Source: Leucoraja ocellata (taxonomy: Eukaryota). Taken from it: a stretch of 64,000 bases of DNA. Location of the stretch: assembly GCA_036785375.1 (NCBI GenBank), contig JAWMAR010000034.1, positions 11,346,001-11,410,000 of the forward strand, written 5' to 3'. A model generated the notes under the pieces. The model had not been told where the DNA came from. It did not search any database and saw only the letters and a list, made by a program, of their open reading frames with translations. The position numbers and the translations under genes are program-made. Shown one piece after another: positions 52,660 to 64,000 of this stretch (position 1 is its first letter; every line of letters starts with the position of its first letter).

Positions 52660-53720
52660 GGAATGACTGGAAGAAGAGTGAGAGGGCAATGCTGATAAGG
52701 GATTCCTATGTTGCCTTCCTAGTGCTAGGGTAAAGGGTGTCTCAAGGCTGTAGAGTGTCCCACAACGGGATTGTTAAGAAATAAAAGCTGTGGCTCTGTC
52801 TTTTCCAACAACTTGGACAGAAAACGTAATTGGGTCAAGTGGCAAATTTTATGAAGCTAGGAAATAGGTTAAAATGAAAGGCAAATCTTGGGCTTTATCA
52901 CATAATAATAAATAGAAGAATGGATGGATGAAGTACATGAATGAGTGGCTGGAGAGATTGTGTAAGAAGGAGGGCTTCAGATATCTGAAGCATTGATTCA
53001 ATTTCTCAAGGCTGTGCAAAGTTGGTCATAGAGTTAATTTGAACTCCAGATCAATAGATCTCTGGATACTTGGGGAATTCAGGGTCATTGAGGTGTTGCA
53101 GGGAAATGCCAAGTATTAATGATTGGCCCTGCCTCCATTTGTTACACTGCATTTTCCTTACAAAAAAAATAGGTTCTATGAGCATATCCATAGAAAAGTA
53201 ATCCAGCCTTGGCTGACAAGAGAAGTTAACTATCCCATTCCTCTCATCCTTGGGATCCTTGATATTGATTCTTGGCTTCATTACAGTTCTGTGGGTTCTT
53301 CTAACATCAATAAGCCATGAAGTCCCAAGATCTGATGATCTGCATCCTAAGGTTTTGAAAGTGATGTTTATGGCTATTCTGTTTGTTTGTAAAATGGTTT
53401 GCACAGATTGTAAGGTAGCAAGACTAACTCCATCACTAAGAAACGATAAACAGAGTGAGCCAAGTTCCCTATAATTTAGAATGATGTCATCTCATTGAAA
53501 CACTTCTTCAGAAATAAACAGGGCAGATGATGGGATGATGTTTCCATCAGCTGGACCAACCAAATAGTGACTGGTCATTTGATGGTTATTTGATGACTAT
53601 TTTTTGGTGTTTATGTGAATTTTGTAAATAAAGGGCTAGTGCAGGAAAGTGTTGTTGATGTGGATAATTATAATATTTATGAGTAGTTGAAGGACTGAAC
53701 TGCCTACTCCAATTCTAATT
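52660..53720 (+). mobile_element. Highly degraded CR1 remnants (ORF1- and ORF2-like pieces)
   Basis: GDS / CLPSARV-like ORF1 remnant, QPWLTREV, a KSPRSDDLHPKVLK-like ORF2 remnant, and a CCTACTCC tail. Confidence 0.4.
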
Positions 53721-55194
53721 TTACGTATTTCACCGAAAAAAGAAATGTAGCTCATTTTTACAATCCAAGATTAATTCTAAAGATATGTATTCTCCATCAT
53801 GCTTTATCTTCCCCAGCTTCGATATCTATTTTTTCCTTGGATGAACTGTTTGTATTCCTTCAACTCCCACTGTCAAAGTGTTTATTCAATGTTTTCTTAA
53901 TTATGAATATTATCTTATCATTAAAAAAAAAAAATGGTATCAGTTTTCAATTAATGTCCTTTCCACAGAATCTTTCTGTTTTCATCCCATGAAAGTATGT
54001 TTGATTAAACTTTGTGAACAAAGAACTTAGCTGACCTACTTCCCGGGGGTGGAGGGGTGTTCCAGCAATTCAAAACCCAAGGAGTAACTTGACATCCAAA
54101 ATCTAAGCTTTGTGCTTGGTATGACTTTTCATGTAATTTTGGTAATGGACTGCCCAGAACCACAGGCATTACTTCGTAATTTTGGCTTAGTCTTTACTAT
54201 GCATAGTTGTGTCTTTTTTTTTTGATCGATGAAAATTCATGTCATTAATGGTTGTAAAATCCCATTGTAAAGAATGCGTAAAAATGATTTAATTATTTTT
54301 TTTATTGTGAGTATTTTATTTGCTCAAGTGTTTTTAATGTATAGTAATTTAAAGGAGTTTGGAGAGAGTCTGCAGATCTAATTGTGCTTTTTGATTAAGG
54401 CAAATGTATATATGTTCTTTTCAGTGAGCTAAATCTCACTTCTGTGTGAAATACATAAAATCTTATGTATTTCTTATTGAATTTGAAAGGATCCAGAAGC
54501 ATGATCTCAATCGAGGGAGTTGTAGAAGTTAAATTACATGTTACTTGGTTCTGAAACTTGCTGTAATTGGTTTTTGCTGCTCACTCAATTAAGGCAACTT
54601 TATTGAATCTTTTCAAATTAAACGTGCAATTTCATCCACAGTGAGGAGAAAATGAATACATTTGTCTTAAACTAATAAAACTTAACTAGATTTGTCGGCT
54701 CTCTCTAAATAATTTGGTGTGTCCAAAAAAAATTATCATTATTTCAACAATTGTTTTTTGACGTGATAATTTGTTTTCCCTTTGTTGCTAAATTGGATGA
54801 GGAAATTCTAAAATTACAGTCAATTGTGCAATAGGTTTTGACTTGCAGGAACTTGTGGGAGTTCTTCATGCATGTTCCTCATTCTGCCCTCCATTCTCAT
54901 TGGTTCATGAATCAGCTGAGTACAAATGTTGTCTTGCAATTTATTTTAGCTAGGTCATAGAGTCATGTGGTGTGGAAACAGGCCCTTCGGCCCAACTTGC
55001 CTACACTGACCAACTTGTCCCATCTACCATAGTCCTACTTGCTTGCGTTTGACCCATAGTCCTCTAAACCTATCCTATCCATTATATGGTGACTTGATAT
55101 GATATTTATGTTTCACCTTGCATGATTTTGGGACCACCAATACACTGAACAACTAGGAATGTGTGAAATGTATTGTACAGCATCTTTTAAAATT

Positions 55195-56100
55195 TAGAGG
55201 AAGAAACTGCAGATGCAGTTTTACACTGAAGATAGACACAAAATGCTGGAGTAACTCAGCGGGACAGGCAGCACCTCTGGATAGAAGAAATGGGTGATGT
55301 TTCAGGTCGAGACACTTCTTTAAACTGGGTTCTGAGTTCCGTTAATCCAGCATTTTGTGTTGTTTCAATTTCTTTTGGCAGAAGCTCCAATCAAAAGAAA
55401 CAAATTTGAAGTTTGGTGAAAAGAACTAGGTGATTCCCATGTAGATTTCCCCAAACTGCCACATCCTCACATTAAGTACTCATATGATGCTTTGGAATTG
55501 GCTGCCTGAAAGGGTGGGGAAACCAGGTTTAATTTTGCCTGTCCAAGGTTGAGTGGATAGATGCTTAAGTGAGAAAGAACTGGTAGGGTTGCAGGTAACG
55601 AGGCAGAGAATGGGAACCTCTGAATTCTTGTAGAGAGCTGGCATGGGTTTGGTGGACAGAATAGCTAAATATTAATGTTGGGGTAGAATGCTTTGACATT
55701 TGGCATGGAAGGTTATTGCCTTATGTTGATCAATAATGGCTTTGGCAGATCCTTCACTCTGGCATCTGATTGTTTACTGTTAGTTGTGGAGCATGCATTG
55801 GTGACCCTCGCTCCGCCTTCAACACCGTGATATCAACCAAATATCTTCAGACTCAGAACACCAAACACTTACCCCCCCCCCATCTCCCCCACTACCCCTC
55901 ACCAACTATCATCAGTTGCCAGTCCTGCTTCGTTCTGGCCTTTTCTTATGTCCATTTCCCTCCAGTCTACTTTCAGTCTAAGAAGGGTCCCCACCCAAAA
56001 CGTCACCCATAGTTTTTCTCTACCTGACCTGCTGAGTTACTCCAGCACTTTTTGTATCTATCTTCGGTATAGACTAGCATCTGCAGTTACTTTCTGCACA
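55195..56100. mobile_element. Two Penelope-like terminal-repeat fragments (55195-55360 mostly -, 55860-56100 +)
   Basis: GCTGGAGTAACTCAGCGGGACAGGCAGC family; degenerate hammerhead core at ~55978-56004. Confidence 0.6.
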
Positions 56101-58174
56101 TTAAGGCTATGTCCTCTGGTTCTTGGTTCTGTAAATCGGGGAGCATCTGTATCTGAGAATAAACGCTCCTGCTTTGCTGTGATACAGCGCCTTGTCTCTT
56201 ATAAAGGAAAACAAGACCTCTGTGCAATACATAATGTGAAAACAGTGTAGCAGTCCCTTGATGGTGAGTTGGAGCATCAATCTAAAAATTTCTTCTTAAA
56301 ATTCCCGAGAAGATTCCCAGTTTATTCTGACACCGTGAAAATGCTGCCTACCGTGACACAGCAGACGGCGGGAAGCATTTGAACTTCTAAATTTTCTGCA
56401 TGCCATCTAAGCTGTCAGACTAAAAATTGTTGTTCTTCCCTTTGTTAAAGGTTCTTTTTGACTGCAGGGTTTCTAAGTGATCCTTTTTATTTTAAACGCT
56501 GGAATCCTTCACACTAAATGAAAGTAAGCCCTTGCACGTCTGAATACAACACTGAGTTTTTGTAAAGTTTTGGGGAATGTCAATAGTGCTGGGGCAATAT
56601 CTAACTAAATGATTTGTAGCAACTCCATCTTCAAATATCCCTTTCTAGTCTTAAATGTTTCTCTGGGAGTATTGTATTTCACTGCAGATAGGCTATTGCA
56701 CTTAACGAAGATAAATGGATGAAAATACTATTCCTCAAGAGGCCAATTCAGTTTGTGGTTTGTGTCATTAACAGAGAAATAGATTTCAACTGTTTAAGTC
56801 CTGCACAATACAGATGCCAGACAGGTTGTGGGCAGATAGGGTGAGAACAACCATGAGGGGAAAAAAAAAAACTAGCCGTCACTTGTGCACTTGTCCATGG
56901 TTATATTGATGGGTACAATAGTGGTCTGAAACATGCAGCTTGCAGGATTCCAACCTGTATAACAGCCGCAATGTATGGTCTATGACACAATCGTGGAGAG
57001 CCTACTGAACTTCTCAGTGGAGTTTAACAGTCATGCCCTCCAGTGAATCTTGTGCCATGAGATTGGGAGTGGGGTGTCGAGTTTATGTGACCAACATGCT
57101 GCAGATGTCAAGATGCCACAAGTACCAAAAATAGTTTTATCTCCAGGCAAGGCGTGACACTTGATTTCCCTTTATTAAATGGAATATAAGTTGGTCTTCA
57201 ACATGATAGCAGTCTAATTAAATTGACTGAGGCCTCGTAAACTGAAAAACATCTAATTATGTTGTAAAATAAATTTGCATATTTGTGCTCTTCAGTTACC
57301 AAAATCTGATAAAGTACTGCCTCGTAAATTTACAGTATGTTATCACGTTTTAAATACAGTGCTCCTAGATCTTCAGAGTTAAACCACCGTGGAGCATTAC
57401 TACCGAGACTAGTCAAGTCAAGTTTATTCGTCACATACACATACGGGATGTGCAGTGAAATGAAAGTAGCAATAAGATGACTAGGACAAAATGATGCATT
57501 CTGTCAGCAAATAATATATTTTATATTTTTACCTTTTGTAATTGATAGTTTGATGCACCCTCCCTTCAAGTTATGACTATTAGAATTAGCAGACAGTTTG
57601 GAGAGAGGTGGGGCACAAATTGGTTCCTGCTTTACATCACTTTATTCAAAGTTGTCAACAGCTGAGTTTCCCAACAGTTTTATTTTTTTTTTTAAGTTCA
57701 GGTTCCAGTATCTGTGGTGTCTTTTGTCTTCGTCATCAGCTTATCAGTTGTACATACCTGTATTCCAGATCAGTAAGTAGAGTTCAGCTCATTTTGGTTG
57801 AATAACTCTTTCAGCAGAAGTGTTAGATACAAGAAGCTATTTCAAGCGCATCATATACTTAAAAAAATAACACACAGATTTTGTAAGATATAGCTGCAGC
57901 TGTAACATCACTCCCTTGTTTTGCACCACCCCTCTCCCTCGCGTACAACTTGCTCACTCCTTCCCCAAACATTTTTCATCAAACATTTTTCCTCGTCCAG
58001 AGCCCTGAACGGAGCCATTGATACAATTCCTTCCAGGGGTCTTAGTCAGCCTGCAGCTATTCGGCAGTTTAGCTTTGCAGCTAAATTTCACCTTAAGACT
58101 AACTATTGTTGGAGTTTCCACCCATGCAAAGGCTGGAAGATTCCTGCTCCTGAAACCACTAACAGAGTTTACTC

Positions 58175-58367
58175 GTGTAGGAAGGAACTACAGATGCTGG
58201 TTTAAACCGTAGGTAGATGCCACTATGCTGAAGTAATTCAATGGGTCAGACAGCATCTCTGGAGAAAAGGAATAGGTGACGTTTTGGGTTTTGACTCAAA
58301 ACATCACTTTTTTTTTTCTCCAGAGATGTTGTCTGACCTGCTGGGTTACTCCAGCATTTTGTGTCTC
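58175..58367. mobile_element. Fold-back Penelope-like insertion
   Basis: The - arm (58175-58290) and + arm (58293-58367) meet at the hammerhead stem-II sequence. Confidence 0.7.
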
Positions 58368-58544
58368 CCAGATTTAACTTGCCTGGTGAGTGAACGTTTG
58401 CATATTAGTGATCTCTGCTGTGCAGCTCAACTTTCAGTGTGAAATTACAGATAAGTACTAGCATTTAAATCAGTTACCCCAAGCGGGGTGGGGTGGAGCA
58501 GTGTACCATTCTCTTGCTAACAGTAGCCATGGTTGTTCCTCTGC

Positions 58545-59075
58545 TTAGGAAGGGAAAGAGGTATAATCCAGAAAATGATAGACCCGTGTGCCTCACCTAA
58601 ACGGCAGGGAAGCAATTGGGGAGGATTCTTCAGGGTAGGGGTTACTCACTTTTTGAAGAAAATTAGCTAATTGGGTGCAAGGGCAGGTCATATTTTTCAA
58701 ACTTAATTGAGTGTTTTTGAGGAGGTGATGAAGGTGATTAATGAGGGCACGGTAGTTTAATGTTGCCTGCATGGACTTTAGTTAAGCATTTGTCACGGAG
58801 ATTCAGAAGATTGATATGCATGGGATCCACAGTGACTTGGTATTTAGATTCCAAACTTTCTTAACTTTGGAAGGCAGTGGTGGTGGTGGAAAAGTGTTAT
58901 TCCGGGTGAAGGTCTATGACCTTTGGTGTTCCATCAGTGCTGTGACCTCTGGGGTTTGTGGTATACGCATGCATTCATTTAATGGGTTGGTTTAGAAAGT
59001 TTGCAGATGACCAAAAAATATATGTGAGGGTGTGGACAGTATGGAATGCTGTCAAGGGAAGCAACAACATGTAGA
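58545..59075 (+). mobile_element. Degraded CR1 ORF2 fragment
   Basis: NPENDRPVCLT (cf. NYRPVSLT) and KFADDQK (cf. FADDTK). Confidence 0.6.
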
Positions 59076-59789
59076 TCAATGTGATTGAACCAGAGGTCTG
59101 GTAACTGGGTCTGGCGGACAGAGCTTTGATTACCTTGGCTGCTTCTCCGAGGCTGCATGAAGTGTAGACTGAGTCAATATTGGGAAGTCTGGTCTGTGTG
59201 ATGGACTGGACCATATCTACAACTCTTTTGCGTCCAATTCTTGTGGTCTTGGGCACATTGCATTGTTCAGGAACAACTAGGAAGCTTGCTGTTTGCATTT
59301 GCGGTATTTCGATCTTCCTGAAAAATGTTTTGTTCACTCCAGCTCTAAAGGTGTTTGATGTCATGCAACTTTTTGCTTTGTGATTGGAACATGTGTTTTA
59401 CAGTCGAGTGTTCATAGATGAGCCAAACAGCTGGATCGGCATACTAATTTGCAAGTGTTTGATACAGTCAACAAGTATATAGTGAAAACTTGAGATCTTG
59501 CAGAAAAAAATAAAGGATATTAATCATGTAATGCAGGTTTTTTTTTTTGACTATTTGTTGTGTAACTTTAATGATAATCGTTTCTTTCATTGGCTGGCTA
59601 TATCAATTTGGAGATTCACACAGCTGCTGAGGAATTGGATGCTTCTTTTGAGCTTTTAATTTGGAAGCATAAACTGGCAGCTGACTAAGTTTACAATATG
59701 TTTACAGTATGGACAAGGCATGTTATGATGCGACACAAGAGACGGTCGATACTGGAATCTGGAGCAACAAACAATCCGTTAGAAGAAAT

Positions 59790-59918
59790 CTGAAGAAGGG
59801 TTTCGGCCCGAAACGTTGCCTATTTCCTTCGCTCCATAGATGCTGCCGCACCCGCTGAGTTTCTCCAGTATTTTTGTCTACCTTCGATTTTCCAGCCTCT
59901 GCAGTTCCTTCTTGAACA
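59790..59918 (+). mobile_element. Penelope-like terminal repeat with an intact minimal hammerhead core
   Basis: CTGAAGA A GGGT-TTCG-GCCC GAAACGTT at 59790-59817. Confidence 0.7.
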
Positions 59919-61424
59919 TAATTAGAGGGCATAACATCCTGCTTGAGAACTTGTTTCTGGGAATATGCCTGCTGAATAGCTGCCTGATAATTTCACTGCA
60001 TGGCACGGTTCAAAGTGCTTGCAATGAATCATTTATTCACAATCTGCTCAATTCTGATTACTGTGTACACCCAGGTTTTTTTTTGAGCTTCAGTTATTCT
60101 TGTAGATACTATTTGTGATACTACTTTTAGCATAATGAAGAATATAATAATCCTGTGTAGATCATGGAGGAAAATATTGCCCAATGTGAAACTTGGGAAT
60201 GTTCTTCAGACAAAGAAGGTTTTGAGGGATTGAACTCAACGTTGGACAAAATGATCTCGGGGACATTGTGAATATGACCCAATGGGCTTTTACTGAGAAA
60301 TATGGGAGCACATTTGCAGAAGTAGTGGAAGAATGGTTTGATGAAGATGAGAAACCTTTGTTGTTGAGATTGTAGTTGGTGCACAAATAATGCAGTGTCC
60401 TAATAAGATCAAAAAAGCAGAGAATGTTGGCAGAGAAGGAGGCACAAGAAACAACTCAAACATATCCCACTGTGTAAAAAAAAAAGTGAAATGAAAGTGT
60501 ACAAATGCCATTCTATACTCTTGAAAATCTGCTTATCTAGCCCCAAGAAAACTGTGAGCGTGATGTATAATTGCAGGTTTACTGCAGTTGGAACAACATC
60601 CAGTGATTTGGAAAGTCCAAAGGTCTGCCACTGGATTAATGGGTTTTTTTTCTGCCCACATGTCACTAAGCTATTTGTTCATATGTCACCATTGTTTTGT
60701 TTGTGTGTGTGTGTGTGTGTGTATTTGTGAGTGTGTGTGTATATCTACACACTGAACTTTTTTCTCTTGTTTATCATATTGTTTACAGTGTACTATGTTT
60801 ACATGTTGTGCTGCTGCAAGTAAGAATGTCATTGTTCTATCTGAGACGTTTGACAATAAAACACTCTTAACTCTCTCTAAAAGCGATGACACAGGAATAA
60901 TCGAATAAATAGGGTTACAAACATAATTTCTTCCCCCTCTGTCGATCCCTTTATTGATCTAGGCTGTATGTTTCTGGTCCTGTGATGGGGTCTCAGCAGT
61001 TGATGACTGTTCAAATGGCTTGAAGCAATGATGAAAAAATGTGTGCAAAGTTCTGATTGTAGTTCTGTGGTGATACTTTGTTAACCTCGTATCTTTAGAA
61101 TTTTTCATCCTAAATGATGCAGAAAACAAAGCGTAAAAGTTTTTGTTACTGGCAACAATTGCCAAAAAAAAATCATGCGAATAACAGGGGCCATTAGAAG
61201 AGTCTTATTGTGAGTACAGAAAATCTTTTCCAAACAGTTCCTATTGCAGAGGTTCAAATTAGCTGCACATCCTTGAATTATTACCCCTTTTTGCTGAAGG
61301 GTTAAAATTGGTGAATGGGAAGATCTTTTTTTTGTATCTGTTTGTAGAGTGGATACTTAAATGTGATGGGAATTGCTACAGCCAGTGACACTCCCACACC
61401 CGGAAAATTAAAAAAAAAATAGTA

Positions 61425-61700
61425 ACTGTCGGGAGCTTTGATGTCTGGCTGCGGCAGCTTCAATTGTCCCGACTGCGGATGGTTCGACTCCACCGATCGC
61501 GGGGGGAAAAGGGGGAAAGAAGATAAGACTTTATTGCCTTCCATCACATTGGGGAATGTGGAGGAGCCACTGTGGTCAATGTTTATGTCAATTTGTTATG
61601 TAGTTGTGTGTCTTGTTGCTTTTTTGGTATGACTATATGGTAAGCCAAATTCCTCGTATGTCGCAAAACATACATGGCTAATAAATTATGACTATGATTT
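61425..61700 (+). mobile_element. Retroposon 3' end with conserved stem-loop
   Basis: TGCCTTCCATCACATTGG...CCACTGTGG followed by AATAAATTATGACTATGA; similar to 43680-43918. Confidence 0.55.
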
Positions 61701-62562
61701 GCTTTTCTGCAGAACATCTGTGTAATATCCTACTATCTTAAATGCATTGTTTGCATCAAAGTGCATTTTGCAGGGAAGAATGCATTTTGGAGAAGATTAA
61801 GGTCATGTTATTTGCGAATAAGTCGTTTGAGAAACTGCAAAGCAAAGAAATAAGAGTTGTGTCGAATAAATTAGACCATGCTTGATATACTGTGTAGAGA
61901 AGGTCTCCTTAATTAAAAAAGATATATGTGGAGAAAAAAGTGAGCCACAAGAATGTTACCAGAATTAAGAAAGAAAGTATGAACAGGCAGGAGAATATGT
62001 TCTCTGGAAAAGATAAGACTGAGGGATGATCTGACGCCTTGGCTATAGGGACAAAGTTTGATTAGTCATCATTTGAAAGTAAAATCAAAGACTGGTATTT
62101 AAAGGAAAATGGCCACAAATAAATCAAGGTTGACATTCTGAGACTTACTTCGAAATTAATTGGAATTTGAAGCTCATTGCTGCAAGGGATAGTTGAGGTG
62201 ACAAATCTTGAGGTGAAGCTGGATAGACACTTGAGAGTGAAAGCATTAGAGGCATTAATGAGGTTAGATAGACAGTGGGAAGAACACAATATGATGCATA
62301 AATAATGTAGACAAGTAGGCCCAAATAGATATGAAGAAAGATCCCGACCAGCAACATTATATCCTCCACAGATGCTGCCTGACCTGCTGAGTTACTCCAG
62401 GGCTTTGTATTTAATGCTATGTAGATTTGTTCTTTTCTGGACTATTGTGTATCTTCTAGATTTTGCTGAATCTATTTTTAATGGTGTCATGCTGGAACTG
62501 TTTTCAACCGTGAATGATTGATCGGTACTAATTCTACTGCATGGTTTTTTTTTTAACTGCAG

Positions 62563-62679
62563 GTGAACCTCAATGATTCGCATGGTCAATTGGTTGTTCA
62601 TTGGGCTGGAGAGAAAAGCAGGGTGATCGTTGCACTTGCCCGTGATAATCCATTCCTGGATGGGCTTCTCACCAGTTCG
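62563..62679 (+). CDS. SORL1: SORL1/SorLA-like receptor exon 2 (start of the VPS10p domain; absent from the ORF track)
   Basis: T-rich tract plus CTGCAG acceptor and GTAAGT donor; 117 nt. Translates [39 protein letters not shown] versus SORL1 [29 protein letters not shown]. Confidence 0.92.
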
Positions 62680-63242
62680 GTAAGTTGAACATTTAAAAAG
62701 TAAATACTGAAATAAAATAGTGATGTGTCACACTGCTATATAATTTCATTTTCTTCCCAAAATATTCATGTCACATTTAAAAAAAAAAAAAAAAAAAAGT
62801 TTGAATTTGCCTGAAATCTAATGATTTATCTGCTCTGGTAATTTAAATAATTAAGGATTAAAAATAAAATACTGTGTTTAACTAAACAACATGAATAATT
62901 TAACCTTATAACCATAAATACTTGGTTCAAGTAAAACTACACCCCTCTTTTTCCCAGCACCAATCAACACTCTACCTTAAATGGCATGTGACATTTTTCT
63001 GTGAATTAATAACATTTGATAGTAAGCAACAAAGGGGGAAATCAGGTGATAACTAAAACCTGATTGTGTTTAAGATGTCAATTCTCTCTCATAAGGCAGC
63101 ATTCATTGGTGTTGAGGTTTGTCAAATTGTAGCCTTTTTAATTCAGTTGGAAAATGCCTTCAGTGCCTGGAGACTGGGAAAGAAAGGGTAGGTACTTTGA
63201 CTTGTGGCATTTTACATGGATATGTTGAGATATTTGCTGTTT

Positions 63243-63510
63243 AACATAGAAACATAGAACATAGAAAAAATAGGTGTAGAAGTAGGACATTTGGCCCTTC
63301 AAGCCAGCACCGCCATTCAATATGATCATGGCTGATCATCTAAAATCAGTACCCCGTTCCTGCTTTTTCCCCATATCCCTTGATTTCTTTAGCCTTAAGA
63401 GCTAAATCTAACTCTCTCTTGAAACAATCCAGTGAATTGGCCTCCACTGCCTTCTGTGGCAGAGAATTCCACAGATTCACAACTCTCTGGGTGAAGAGGT
63501 TTTTCCTCAC
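63243..63510 (-). mobile_element. CR1-type LINE 3' end
   Basis: FTQRVVNLWNSLPQKAVEANSL and an (AACATAGA)n tail on +. Confidence 0.85.
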
Positions 63511-64000
63511 TTTCACATTTTCATTGATCATGTGAGTCATGGAATAATACAGCATGGAAACATAGCAGTTGGCTCAACTCATCTATGTTGACCAAGATAC
63601 CATTTGAAGCTAGTCCCATTTGCCTGTGTTTGATCCAGTGTATATCCATCTAAACCTTTCTGTTCCATGTACCTATCCTTGGTGATGTGGTGGGGGGGGG
63701 GGGGGGGGGGGTGGCAGTTATCCAAACTGGAGGATGATATGAGAATAGATCTTTTTGTAAACTGCAGAGACAATCTTTAAAAAAAATATATTTCTGCTAA
63801 AGAGATTAAATGAATGAACAACTGCAGGACACGTATTTCGAATTGGAAAGATCATTCATTTTGAGCCTCAAAGAGCAAGACTCTTTTTAAATAGTGGAAA
63901 CACAAGGATATTAGATGGCTCAAATAAACTTAGATCTGTATACATTATTAAAGTGCCCTACTTAAGCAGAGAAAATAACGGGAAATAAAAACGCAAAAAC

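Noticed and set aside
60160-60480. Acidic, coding-like stretch (…VVEEWFDEDEKP…), possibly a Tigger/pogo transposase C-terminal relic
   Set aside because: Frameshifts and stops and no diagnostic motif; too weak to call without BLASTx.

Overview
Eukaryotic genomic DNA from a vertebrate, most likely a cartilaginous fish (skate/ray-like; inferred from the V-SINE, CR1, Rex1/Babar and Penelope repeat complement). Three + strand genes are present. (1) The last two coding exons of a UBASH3B/STS-1-like histidine phosphatase (84-193, 2423-2560). (2) A complete HAS1-type hyaluronan synthase with four coding exons (15022-20326, 577 aa) that keeps the catalytic core but has lost several normally invariant residues. 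(3) The CpG-island promoter and first two coding exons of a SORL1/SorLA-like receptor (40679-40927, 62563-62679), whose exon-1 splice donor is amplified 7-fold in a minisatellite. The rest is intronic or intergenic DNA rich in retroelement fragments. These include many short Penelope-derived inserts with minimal hammerhead-ribozyme cores, inverted-repeat structure and 12-15 bp target-site duplications, plus two TIR (MITE-like) elements and a 495-N assembly gap. Most ORFs in the supplied track are spurious or transposon debris. Comparisons with known proteins are from memory; no database search was run.
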